Assembly (NCBI GenBank): GCA_963808895.1
Contig: CAWEHL010000004.1
Coordinates: 559,972 to 623,971, forward strand
Reading direction: 5' to 3'
From: an uncultured Chloroflexia bacterium
GTDB taxonomy: Bacteria > Chloroflexota > Limnocylindria > Limnocylindrales > CSP1-4
Length of the DNA: 64,000 nt
Below the pieces are notes generated by a model. That model had not been told where the DNA came from, searched no databases, and was given only the letters and a program-made list of their open reading frames with translations. Position numbers and translations under genes: made by a program. Within the stretch, counting starts at the first letter, position 1, and each line of letters begins with the position of its first letter. Below are positions 8,782 through 17,750 of the stretch, piece by piece.

Positions 8782-10379
8782 CCGTCGTCGCCGTGGCCGG
8801 CGCCGTGCGAGCAGTCGACCGGCAGCCTTAGGAAGAACACGCTTCCATGTCCGGGTTCGCTCTCAAGCGTGATGTCGCCTCCCATCGCCCGCGCGAGACG
8901 ACGGCTGATCGCGAGACCCAGACCAGTACCGCCCTCGCCTCCCTCGGCCTGACGGAACTCCTCGAAGATGGCCTCATGCTGATCTGCCTCGATGCCGCGT
9001 CCGGTGTCGCGCACCGATACCATGAAACTCGAGTCTGCCGCGCCGCTGGTCTCCACTTGCACCTCGCCGTCGCTGGTGAACTTGAGTGCGTTCCCGAATA
9101 GGTTGACGAGGATCTGGCGGACCCGCTGTCGGTCGAGCACGACCTCCGTCGGGTGCGCCGGCGTCAAGCCACGCGAAGCTGATCCCTTTCTGTGCGGCCA
9201 ACGACCGGTGTTGCGCCACGACTGATTCGACGAGTTCCCGCGGGTCGAAAGGTTGCGGGTCGAGAGTGAGCTTGCCGGCTTCGATCTTCGACAGGTCGAG
9301 GATCTCGTTGATCAGTCCGAGCAGGTCCCGCCCGCCCTTCTGGACCCAGCCCAGCGACTCGGTCTGCTCCGGGTTTAGGGGGCCATCCACGCCCGCGAGG
9401 AGTGCGTCGGTGAAGCCGAGGATCGCGTTCATCGGCGTTCGCAGCTCGTGGCTTACGCTCGCCAGGAAGCGCGACTTCGCCTCACTCGCGCGCTTGAGGG
9501 AAGCGTTCGTCAGCTCTAGTTGGTGGCCCAACGCACGCTGATCCTCGAATATGCTGCGCCAGACGCTCGCTCGTCTCGTTCAGGTCGCGCGCGAGGCTTC
9601 CGAATTCGTCCCGGTTCGGCACCTCCACGCGTTGCGTGAAGTCTCCCCTAGTGACCGCCGCAAGTGCTCGTTGCATCTTTCGCACCGGGAGGATGATCGG
9701 CCACGAGAAGACGAATCCGAGGATCAGTGCCACGACCACGCTGGAGGCCGAGAACGCGACGACGGCGGAAGTCGAGCAGGATTCGGTCGGACTCGAACGC
9801 GCCCCGCGCCTGGACCATCTGCTGCTCGGCCTCGGTGATCAGGTTCCGCATCGCGGCCTCGAGCACATGCGAGGCTGGGTGCTCCTCCTCCAGATGAAGG
9901 CGCGTGGCAGCGCGGATGTCACCGGCCTCGTACAGCGCCAATGTCCTGGCGCTGGAGGCCGAGAACCCGTCGTTCGTGGCTCTCACCTCGCGGAAGAAGT
10001 TCGCCTCGGCCGGGTCAGCCCGCTCCATCTGGTCGAGGAGGTCGATGAATGTGTTCTTCGCTTCGGCAATCTGCGTGTTGTATTTGTCCTCGTGCGTCAG
10101 GAGCGCCATGGCCCGGAAGTGGCTTTGCGCCGTGACGGCGTAGAGCATCTGCTGCGCTCGGCTGGTCTTCTCTTGGAGGTGGTTGAGCTCGCCGACGCGT
10201 TCGTTCATCCGCCCGATCACGAGGAGACTGAGGATCGCCATTCCCACGAGAAGCAGGGCGCCGGCGAGGAATCCGAAGAGCAGCTTTCGATGGACTCCCG
10301 CACTCGTGCCGGCGACTGCGTCGACCACGGGTCGGAGCCAGCCCGTGAAGCGGGGCAATCCGGGCTCGACAGGCATCAT
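8778..10379 (-). pseudogene. sensor histidine kinase (TM sensor, HAMP, HisKA, HATPase_c) in at least four frame segments
   Basis: sensor with TM (LLFGFLAGALLLVGMAILSLLVIG); HAMP (WPIILPVRKMQRALAAVTRGDFTQRVEVPNRDEFGSLARDLNETSERL); HisKA (RFLASVSHELRTPMNAILGF); HATPase (QILVNLFGNALKFT...GTGLGLAISRRLA); each block in a different frame; stop overlaps REC start. Confidence 0.7.
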
Positions 10380-10662
10380 TGGCTAGGAGTCTGCGCCGGA
10401 CGCCTAGACCCTCGCAAGGACCGCGGCCCGCTTCGTCGCCTGAGAACGACGTCAGCTCGCGACGCCACCGCCGCCCTCAGGGCAGACCGGCGGTCGTCAG
10501 CCCTATCCCCAAATCGCACGCACGCGTCGGCCGGCACGCCGGAGATGCCACGTCGGACTCGACCCAATATGCCTCCGCGACTCAAAGTCCCATCCTCCAG
10601 TGGCTCGAACGGATGCATAACGGCTGCCGCCGCTGTTCGTTGTGACAAGGGCATCGCCCGAC

Positions 10663-10702
10663 GAACCCCGCTCGATGAGTCACCTCCGACCGAGCGGGGT
10701 TC
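10663..10702. other. perfect 12-bp inverted repeat (gaaccccgctcg / cgagcggggttc) with 16-nt loop, in a 550-nt lower-GC non-coding stretch
   Basis: read directly from the sequence; lies upstream of the kinase operon on the minus strand. Confidence 0.5.
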
Positions 10703-11015
10703 TCTGTGTCCCGCACCAGACGCCATAACGGTCCGAGCGCAACTTCCTTGTCACTGTCAGGGGCCTCCGGAGTGGCTCGATCTTCTCCCGGCGGTACGAA
10801 ACTCTCCGCGGGGTCCCCGCGAAACATGCACTCGTTTGTGCGATCGAGTCCCTGATACTCAATCGGAGTCGCTCATCAGGAGGACGACTACGGTGATCTA
10901 TTAAGGCCACCGCGCTCATGGCCGAGCTGGATGGCATGCTCGTCGAAAAACGGAGCCTCACCCCGGAAGAGCGTGCGTCCCTGCCGGAGAGCGTTCGGCG
11001 GTTCTTCGATGAGCC

Positions 11016-11270
11016 CTAGACGAGATAAATCGCAACTAGGCCGTCACTGCGGCAGTTTCCTCGTGTTGTGCTGCTCCACGATCCAGGCCGCGGCGCGGTA
11101 CCAATACTCCGGGTCCTCGGTATGGATGCCGGCAGCGCGCGGTGTGTTTCCCAGGCATCGAGCCACGCGTCGGCCGACTCTGGCGGCATGGCGTGGTTCA
11201 TGAGCCATCCGCGGATGGTCAGTCGCCGACCTTCGTAGCCCCGGCCATGCTCATCGCGTCGGTACTTCAC
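11016..11270 (-). CDS. small hypothetical protein, tandem paralog family T copy A
   Basis: ...RRLTIRGWLMNHAMPPESADAWLDAWETHRAL; paralogous motifs in the next two copies. Confidence 0.35.
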   Translation of the reverse strand: MKYRRDEHGRGYEGRRLTIRGWLMNHAMPPESADAWLDAWETHRALPASIPRTRSIGTAPRPGSWSSTTRGNCRSDGLVAIYLV

Positions 11271-11297
11271 GCTCCCGTTCGCCTGGACCTCCGCTGT

Positions 11298-11507
11298 TCA
11301 TCGATCCACGCGATACCTGCGCCCCAGTTGTCGGGCGACGCACGGTCGACCCGCGAACCTCGGCCTCGACCTCCCAGGCATCGCACCACGCCTCGGCGCG
11401 CTCCAGCGATATCCCGTGTCCGTTAGCCCATTGCGCATCGGGACGCGACGCGCCATGAAGATGCGGTTAGGGTCAGCGCGCCTCGACATGTGGTAAGTGT
11501 CGCCCAA
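11298..11507 (-). pseudogene. family T copy B, frameshifted
   Basis: MSRRADPNRIFMARRVPMRNGLTDTG then +1 frame ISLERAEAWCDAWEVEAEVRGSTV; aligns with copy A (RR-L/V-T/P-I/M-R...E-S/R-A-D/E-AW-L/C-DAWE). Confidence 0.3.
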
Positions 11508-11923
11508 CGGCCGTCAGCTAGTCTGTCGCGGCCCCGGCTGGACCGCTGGCTCGCTATCCCGCTAATCCCCCAGCGGGTCAACCTGTCGCGGCCGACCGGG
11601 GCCCTCCGATGTAGCGGGCACGTAATCCGTAGGTCGGCCTACGCCATTTCTCGGTCGACCGCGTCAGCCCTAGATTCTCGACGTGCGCGGGCGCTCGAAA
11701 TCCGGTGTTGTCGATCTCGACCCAGGGCTCCGGATCATCTGCATCCCGTCGACTGACGCTGAGATCTGCGGCGTCGTCGAGCGCCTGTACAAGTCAATCT
11801 CGTGGGTGACCCCCGACAGGCTCGAGGCCGCGCTACGTGACATCTACCCCAACGCCGTCGTTCGGCGTCGCGAACGATCCGGCGACCCGATGCCGACGTG
11901 GTACGTGTTCCGCGAGCGAGGCG

Positions 11924-12244
11924 CTAGCGGGCTGGACTGACGGCTAGGTCGGTAGCTTCCTCGTCTTCCGCTGGTCCTTGATCCAGTGCGCGGCACCCTT
12001 CCAGTAGTCGGGATGAGCCGTTCAAATCCCTGTCGATCGGCCTGTTCTCGCACGCGTCGACCCACGCCTCGGCCGTCGCCCGGCCATCCCATCTGGCACG
12101 AGACGACTTTCGAGTCGCCGTCGCGAGTCGCCTTGCTGGTGACATTCCCGAACGCTTTGCCAAATTCGCGCCGTTTACCATGACCAGGGACCTCGATGAG
12201 CATGAGCAAACCTTGCGCGCCGCCTGGACCGAAGCATTCGCCAT
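11924..12244 (-). pseudogene. family T copy C, divergent and frameshifted
   Basis: ...ARWDGRATAEAWVDACENRPIDRDL in one frame and ...VVSCQMGWPGDGRG in another. Confidence 0.25.
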
Positions 12245-12932
12245 CGCGAGGGACCTCGGGGCGGGCTACGTCGGGACCGACATGCTGTTGATGGGCTTGA
12301 CCCGCACCGAGGGTGCGGCCGCGGAGGTACTTGCCGCGGCCGGCGCGACAGAGGCCGCTGTCGCGGCGATCGTCACACCGACGAATCGTGACGGAGCGAT
12401 GCCGGCAGACGGAGGCGAATGCCGGCGCATCCGCGCCTGAGTCCCGCGGCGCAAGAAGCACCGGGTCGCGCGGAAGAGGATGGGCATCGCTCTCGGCGTC
12501 GCCGACGGATCGATCCGCCTACTACTCGCCCTCACCTACGACCGCGACGGTATTCACAGCTCGCTCCTACGCCGCGTAGGCATCGACCGTGGGGTCCTCG
12601 TGCAGGCGCTCGCTGATAGCGGCGTACGGGTCCCCCCTAGACCACCCCCGCCCGACCGGACCCCGCACTCCGTATGGGTGACCCTCCCGGACCATCAGGC
12701 GCGCGTCGTGGCGGCCGAACTGGCGCGCCGCTCGACCGAGGACATGGACTATTGGTTCGACTCGTGGGGCGGCGCCAGCTGGGGATACGGCGGCGTCGAG
12801 GACCGGCCCGGTGAGGCACGGATCTACGGCGAGGAGCGGATCGACCTGCCCACTCTGGTGCCGGAAATCCTTGCCGCAAGTGGCTACCCGCCGCCGCCAG
12901 ACGATTCCTCGGAGACCCACCGAGAGGTCTAG
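12180..12932 (+). pseudogene. Clp N-terminal (Clp_N) double-repeat domain protein interrupted by an in-frame TGA at 12438-12440
   Basis: repeat 1 LLMGLTRTEGAAAEVLAAAGATEAAV; stop; repeat 2 LLLALTYDRDGIHSSLLRRVGIDRGVLVQALADSG in the same frame. Confidence 0.45.
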
Positions 12933-13002
12933 GCCCGATGATCGCCCGGTTTCAAGCCCTGCAGTCCATCCACTCTCGTTGGCGACGACGCCATGGGCGC
13001 CC

Positions 13003-13550
13003 CTACACACGTGCGAGCGCCGGAGGTCTCTTCGCGCCCTCGATCAAGAGCCATACAAAGGGGATCAATAGACTGAACACGCCGAGATTCGGAATCGTGA
13101 TTGCAAGGAAGGCGCCAGCCGCGCTGATCAGGTGGTACGCGTAAGGATCGGAATAAGTGCCCAGCCGATAAGCCGCGTCCTGCCCTCGGTGCCCAGGAGC
13201 AAGAGACCGATGAACCAGACGTCGATCCCGAGTACGAGTAGATGTTCCGGCCAATTCCCGAGCAAACCGAACGCGATGTCGTGCAGCGTGGCGTTCTCGG
13301 GAAAGATACTGCTGAGCGCCTGAAGCAGGAAGACCACGGCAAAAAGTCCTGCCGACACGGCCCCTATCACGTCGATCCAACGGGGCAGTCCGAAGTCAAA
13401 GACCGCCCTCACGAACAGCAGCATGCCGACGCCAAGGACGAGATGGACAACGATGTCGGGCGCGCGCTCCCCGAATGCTTGGGACGCCACCGCCAGTGGC
13501 AACGACAGCAGCATGGTGATGGCGGACGAAACCGCCCAGATGGATCTCAT
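13003..13550 (-). CDS. hypothetical integral membrane protein, apparent frameshift near 13170
   Basis: strongly hydrophobic throughout; frame A ends ...LLLGTEGRTRLIGWALIPILTRTT*, frame B continues ...YSDPYAYHLISAAGAFLAITIPNLGVFSLLIPFVWLLIEGAKRP. Confidence 0.4.
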
Positions 13551-13996
13551 GTCATACCTCGATGGCGCCGATCCCCGAAACTTGCGGCAGACCTTACCTT
13601 CGCGGCCGAAGCACCGAAAATGAGCGCAACACCCTATTGGGATGTCCGGCCGGGGCCTAGGTTCGCCGTCAGGAACCTTCGGGCCACGCGGAGGTTGGAC
13701 CGTCGACCGGGAGTCGGCGGCGACTTCGCCGTCGCGACTGGGATCTCACTCCTTGCGTCGAGCATGCGGCCCGCGGTTTGTGTCCGCCCTACCAGCGGGC
13801 GGGCTCGCGATCTGGTGGACTCACTGGCTGTTCCATTTCGTCGAGCGCCAATCGCTCCCACTCCGACCGCAGCTCCTGCTCAATCAATCGGAGCCGGAGC
13901 CATTCGGCGGTCCAGGGCAGGGCGTCATCAAAGGCGCGCTTGGCGTCGTACCACGCGGCGTACGCCTCGGATGGCGCGGCGTCGGCATCGTTGTTG

Positions 13997-14194
13997 CTAT
14001 CCCCTCGACCGGCGCGGGTCGGGCCGACCGATCCGGACTCGGCCGCCCCGGCCCTTTACCACGAGCTCGCCGCCACCGTTCGCCAGTTGCCGTCGAGCTG
14101 CTTGCTCGGCTTCCTGTTGCGTCCTGAACGTTTGCTGCTCGCCCGTCACCTGCCAACCGCCGCCGCTCTTTGGTCCGACCGTCACTCTCGCCAT
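13997..14194 (-). CDS. DUF2188 family small protein
   Basis: MARVTVGPKSGGGWQVTGEQQTFRTQQEAEQAARRQLANGGGELVVKGRGGRVRIGRPDP matches the DUF2188 pattern (GGW.V....F.T..EA...A..LA....ELV.HG.dG.IR); aggaag SD. Confidence 0.6.
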   Translation of the reverse strand: MARVTVGPKSGGGWQVTGEQQTFRTQQEAEQAARRQLANGGGELVVKGRGGRVRIGRPDPRRSRG

Positions 14195-14203
14195 GGTCGC
14201 TTC

Positions 14204-14425
14204 CTATTCGCTTTCGTCGGACGACTCCGGGTCGATGCTTTCCGACTCGTCGATTGCGCCGCGTTGTGCTGGGGGGCGATCACCCTTCAGCCGCCGATCG
14301 CGCTCTACGTCGCCTTGCGCCTCGTCAGCCTCGCGCCATCGTGGAGAGTCCCAATCCACGTCGGACGGGTCCGACGTGCCTCGGTCGTCTGGGCCGTCAG
14401 CCGAACTCCGGCGACCTTCGTCCAT
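14204..14425 (-). CDS. small highly acidic hypothetical protein
   Basis: 73-aa D/E/S-rich ORF 9 nt upstream of DUF2188, divergent from the ligase gene; could be chance. Confidence 0.25.
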   Translation of the reverse strand: MDEGRRSSADGPDDRGTSDPSDVDWDSPRWREADEAQGDVERDRRLKGDRPPAQRGAIDESESIDPESSDESE

Positions 14426-15109
14426 GGCATGTCGCCTCCGAGTAGATGTCTACGCGCCGATATCATGGGCGGATGTCCCGGCGGTCGTCCCACAACTCGT
14501 CGCCAACGACGGAACAAGGGCATTGCGACAGGCGATCGCCGATCCGGATCGCTTCGCCTGCGAGCCGAACGTTCGATGGCGTCCGCGGCCTCGTCATCTA
14601 CCAGCCGGAACACGTTCTCGAGATGCGCAACCGGCGCGGCGAGAAGCGCGATTGGTTGCGCGGAGACCCGTTCGAGAGAGGTCTCCGACGCCTAGCCGAG
14701 CGACTCCCGAACCTCTGGGAAGGGACCGTCCTCGACGGAGAGCTGACCGCCGGACGGTTCGAAGGAACCATGTCGGCGCTGCTCGGGTCCAAACGGTTCC
14801 GACCATCGCTGCGGTTCGTCGTGTTCGACGTGCCGATGTTGCTCGGCGCGGACCTCCGCGGGCCTGCCCTGGCAGGACCGGCGTGAACGGCTCGAACTCC
14901 TCGCCCGTGCCTTCGACGTGCCGTTGGAACTCAGCGCGCTTGTTGATCCGTCCGTGTCGCTCGTCGAGCAGATGACGGATGGTCGGCTCGAGGGCATCGT
15001 TCTCAAGGACCGGACGTCGACCTACCGCGACGGATCGCGGGCAGGGTGGACCAAGGTCAAGGACCGATCGTGGTACGAGCGCGAGGCGTGGCGCTTCGAC
15101 CGCCGCTAA
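14424..15109 (+). pseudogene. minimal ATP-dependent DNA ligase (nucleotidyltransferase domain only, ~215 aa) disrupted by two +1 frameshifts
   Basis: frame 0 MACRLRVDVYAPISWADVPAVVPQLVANDGTRALRQAIADPDRFACEP; one extra c near 14588 shifts into motif I (EP-K-FDGVRGLVIYQ), then VLDGELTAG (motif IV); second extra c near 14865 shifts into LPWQDRRERLELL...EGIVLKDRTSTYRDGSRAGWTKVKDRSWYEREAWRFDRR* (motif V); no OB domain. Confidence 0.7.
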
Positions 15110-15222
15110 CAAGGGGTGGGAGTACCCTGTACGGGCGTCCCGTCCGAGTGCCTCCCGCACGCGACGATTAGCGGGTGCCCCGAGGCCACTCCCCATTGCC
15201 CAATGATGGCAAGACGAACGGT

Positions 15223-15465
15223 GTCGTGCCGGAGCTGACGACGACGTCGGCGGCCCTGACCGAATGGCGGGAAGCCGAACGTTCGGTCGCCGTCGCGCGC
15301 CGCGGACGGGTCGCGGCACAGGCGGCGATGGACGCCGCTGTGCTGGCCACCCAGGCCGCGCAGCGGACTGCGGCGGCGGCCAAGGCGGCCCTCGAGTCCG
15401 CGACATTCGCGCAGGCATCAGCCACGGAGACCGCGACAGCGGCGCGCGTCGTGGTGCGCGGTTGA
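15223..15465 (+). CDS. small Ala-rich coiled-coil protein
   Basis: [79 protein letters not shown]; stop TGA overlaps the next start (TTGA); start codon uncertain. Confidence 0.35.
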   Translation, partial: VVPELTTTSAALTEWREAERSVAVARRGRVAAQAAMDAAVLATQAAQRTAAAAKAALESATFAQASATETATAARVVVRG

Positions 15466-15776
15466 GTGATCATCCCGCGTTGCCGGCCCTCGAGCCAGAC
15501 GAGGAAATCCGTGTCCGGGTAAGCGCTGGCGACAGCGTCGTCATCCTGACGGACAAGCGGCTCGCGATCGCGTCTCAGGACAATCTCGCACTCGATGTGC
15601 CGCTCGAAAATCTGCTCCGGATCGAGTTTGATATCGAGCGCGGCCGTGGAGCGACACTCGTCATCTTTCCGATGCAGCCGGAGGATATGCCGCAGGTCGT
15701 CATGGTCCCTGCTTCCGCTTACGAGGCCGTCGCCCAGGCACTCGTAGTGATCGGGCGGAGACTCTCGCTCGCGTAG
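15462..15776 (+). CDS. small hypothetical protein with PH-domain-like pattern
   Basis: [60 protein letters not shown]; coupled to upstream gene. Confidence 0.4.
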   Translation: MSDHPALPALEPDEEIRVRVSAGDSVVILTDKRLAIASQDNLALDVPLENLLRIEFDIERGRGATLVIFPMQPEDMPQVVMVPASAYEAVAQALVVIGRRLSLA

Positions 15777-16139
15777 GCCGTCGCGTCCCCGGGCTTTCCG
15801 CGGTCAACCCGCCGCGCTGCAAATCCCTGGAAGCGGCAGGTAAGCGCAGACAGGTACGCTGCCACGACCCCCGCTCCGCGTCCCGGTCCTTCGATCTCGG
15901 GCCACCGGCCAGTCGGTCGGCGCCGACCAACGCTAGCGCGCGGGATCAGGGCTCGGGGATAGGGACCTCCCACGGCTGTCACCGAAGGTCGCATCCCACC
16001 GCGACTTGTGCGGCTCGGGTAGCCGAGGTCGACGGACCCGATGGCCCACATTCTGTCCGCGCTGCGGCAACGGTCTTGCGGCCGTGATGGCGCCCAGATG
16101 GGTGTGGCACCAAGGCTGACCACGACGCGGGGTTGCGGG

Positions 16140-16484
16140 TTACTCCGTCCGATCGTTTGGGCTGTCCACGACCTCGCGAGCCCATTGGTACGCGGCGGCC
16201 GTCGCAGGAAATCCGGCCGTTGGGATCGCGATCGTGATAGCGTGCAGGAGGTCGGGCGCATCGATTCCCTCGCTCAGTCCTCGTCGGACATGGGAGCGTA
16301 CGCCCCCCTCCGACGACAACCCGACCGCCAGCCCGAGTTTCACAAGACGCTGTTCGCGATCGCTCAAAGGGCCGGCGCGCCGGCACACATCGCCGAGCGC
16401 GTCGTACGCCCTAGCGAGCTCAGGGTTTTCCGCACGAAGGTCTCGGTACACCCGTGGTAGGTAGCCGCGTCGCTTCTCGGTCAT
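16140..16484 (-). CDS. carboxymuconolactone decarboxylase (CMD/AhpD-like) family protein
   Basis: LPRVYRDLRAENPELARAYDALGDVCRRAGPLSDREQRLVKLGLAV...HVRRGLSEG; full-length 114 aa. Confidence 0.85.
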   Translation of the reverse strand: MTEKRRGYLPRVYRDLRAENPELARAYDALGDVCRRAGPLSDREQRLVKLGLAVGLSSEGGVRSHVRRGLSEGIDAPDLLHAITIAIPTAGFPATAAAYQWAREVVDSPNDRTE

Positions 16485-16918
16485 GGTCCGCTCCTCTCGC
16501 CTCTTCGTCCGGACCTATGATCATGCCTCGTCGCGCCAACCATTCGGCTCAGGCCCTACGGAGCGCCCCAACGCTCGGCCTGCGGGCGACACGGGCTCGG
16601 AGTCCCGTTGAGAGCGTGACTGCGCACGAGCTGAGTCCACGTCCTCGACGATTGACTCGTACGCCGCCCCAAGGTCCCGTCGATCGTTCGCACCCTGAGC
16701 CACTCGTCCGTCCCAGGCATGGCAAGCGCGGGCTTGGCTGCGTGCTGCGCCTCATACGCCTCAAATCGGTGCGGCCCCGGTCGCCATCAGGACTCCATCG
16801 CTATCCGTTCCATGCGCGATGTGTCGATCTCCGACTTCGACCTGATCGCGGATTCGCCTCCGCGGTCGCGTGGCGACCCTGGACGGCGCTAGCGGTCGGG
16901 GATCGGCCCGGGACGTGA

Positions 16919-17029
16919 GTACGCGCTTCGGTCGGCGTACCCATCGGTAAGGTCCAGAGCGAGCTCAGCGGCGTGCGGGCGCCGACCTGGTACGCCTACC
17001 GTGACGGCCACTTTCCGTGGCCTTCGTGA
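16919..17029 (+). pseudogene. possible remnant of an AlpA/excisionase-type HTH protein (no start codon)
   Basis: open frame VGVPIGKVQSELSGVRAPTWYAYRDGHFPWPS* resembles the recognition helix and C-terminus of AlpA/Xis-family HTH proteins (...LGVSRSTVYRWI.EG.FP.P); only ~35 aa; speculative. Confidence 0.2.
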
Positions 17030-17039
17030 CGCTAAGCTG

Positions 17040-17110
17040 ACTCGGCCCCGGCCCCGGTCCCGGACCTCGATACGTCTCCTCCCCCGAGCCGTCAGTCAGT
17101 CCGGGCCGAC
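17040..17110. repeat. dispersed repeat family D, copy 3
   Basis: ctcggccccggccccggtcccggacctcgata...gtccgggccgaccgg. Confidence 0.45.
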
Positions 17111-17328
17111 CGGGTTCTGCTCGGGGGCTGATCCCCAGCGGTGACGTCCAGCAGCGCGCCGAGAAGGAGGATGATCTCGTCCTGATTGTTCACGATCCGC
17201 TCGAGCGTTTCGCTGGTCGCATGGAGTAGGTCGCGGATCTCAGTCAGACCTCGTGGGTGCCAGCCCCGGCGATCACTGTGGTGCCCGACGTATCCGCGGT
17301 CAGCTGGCACGTTCTCGTCAGTAGCCAT
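17092..17328 (-). CDS. small hypothetical protein
   Basis: helical-looking LTEIRDLLHATSETLERIVNNQDEIILLLGALLDVTAG; follows the upstream small gene by 26 nt. Confidence 0.3.
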   Translation of the reverse strand: MATDENVPADRGYVGHHSDRRGWHPRGLTEIRDLLHATSETLERIVNNQDEIILLLGALLDVTAGDQPPSRTRSARTD

Positions 17329-17353
17329 CGTTTGCCGCTCCCGTGGTCCGGGG

Positions 17354-17576
17354 CTATCGCCTGACGTTCGAACGGACGGGCTGTCCCTTCGGATCGGTCA
17401 GCTTGTAACCCGCCTCGTCCAGCTCGCCATCCGCGAACAACGCAAGGTGCTCCAGGTACCGTTTGCCGGTCTCGCTCGTCACCCCACAGGCGCAGACGAT
17501 GCGGGTTCCGACCACGGCCTTGGGTGGATGGTTGTCGATCGCCATCAAGATAATCTCGCCGACCGTATGTGCCATT
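17354..17576 (-). CDS. small putative winged-helix DNA-binding protein
   Basis: MAHTVGEIILMAIDNHPPKAVVGTRIVCACGVTSETGKRYLEHLALFADGELDEAGYKLTDPKG resembles wHTH regulators (RYLE.L...G.L....Y.LT..G); start taken at the internal ATG of ORF 17354..17656. Confidence 0.4.
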
Positions 17577-17671
17577 GGGTCCCACCTCTGAGCAGGGTCT
17601 AGGGTATCGCCCGAGGCCCGCGCTGCGCGGCGATCCAGTCCCAGCGCGCCCGCCATGCGGAGCCCGTCCTG

Positions 17672-17750
17672 CGCGGGTCGGCTGGTTGAAGGTCAAGGAC
17701 CGCAGCTGGTACGAGCGCGAGGCGTGGCGGTTCGATCGCCGCTCGCTACC
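17672..17750 (+). pseudogene. remnant of ATP-dependent DNA ligase 3' end (ligase-tail copy 3), direct repeat of 15040-15109
   Basis: ...RVGWLKVKDRSWYEREAWRFDRR then read-through; about 55 of 62 nt identical to the end of the ligase gene 2.6 kb upstream, same orientation. Confidence 0.5.

Noticed and set aside
9636-10904. 422-aa plus-strand ORF
   Set aside because: Antisense shadow of the sensor-kinase pseudogene, continuing into a non-coding stretch.
10918-11019. 33-aa ORF MAELDGMLVEKRSLTPEERASLPESVRRFFDEP with GGAG-like SD
   Set aside because: Too short to call; might be a real micro-protein or a remnant C-terminus.
12438-12440. TGA in the Clp_N gene as selenocysteine
   Set aside because: No SECIS-like stem-loop downstream and no other selenoprotein hallmarks; pseudogene or two genes is more parsimonious.
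13778-13997. Minus-strand open frame ...AYAAWYDAKRAFDDALPWTAEWLRLRLIEQELRSEWERLALDEMEQPVSPPDREPARW*
   Set aside because: Protein-like but has no start codon and overlaps the DUF2188 C-terminus in another frame; cannot tell a degraded gene from chance.
13242-14975. 577-aa plus-strand ORF
   Set aside because: Runs through the membrane-protein gene antisense, the DUF2188 gene antisense and the first frame segment of the ligase; Arg/Pro/Ser-rich; a composite open frame created by GC bias.
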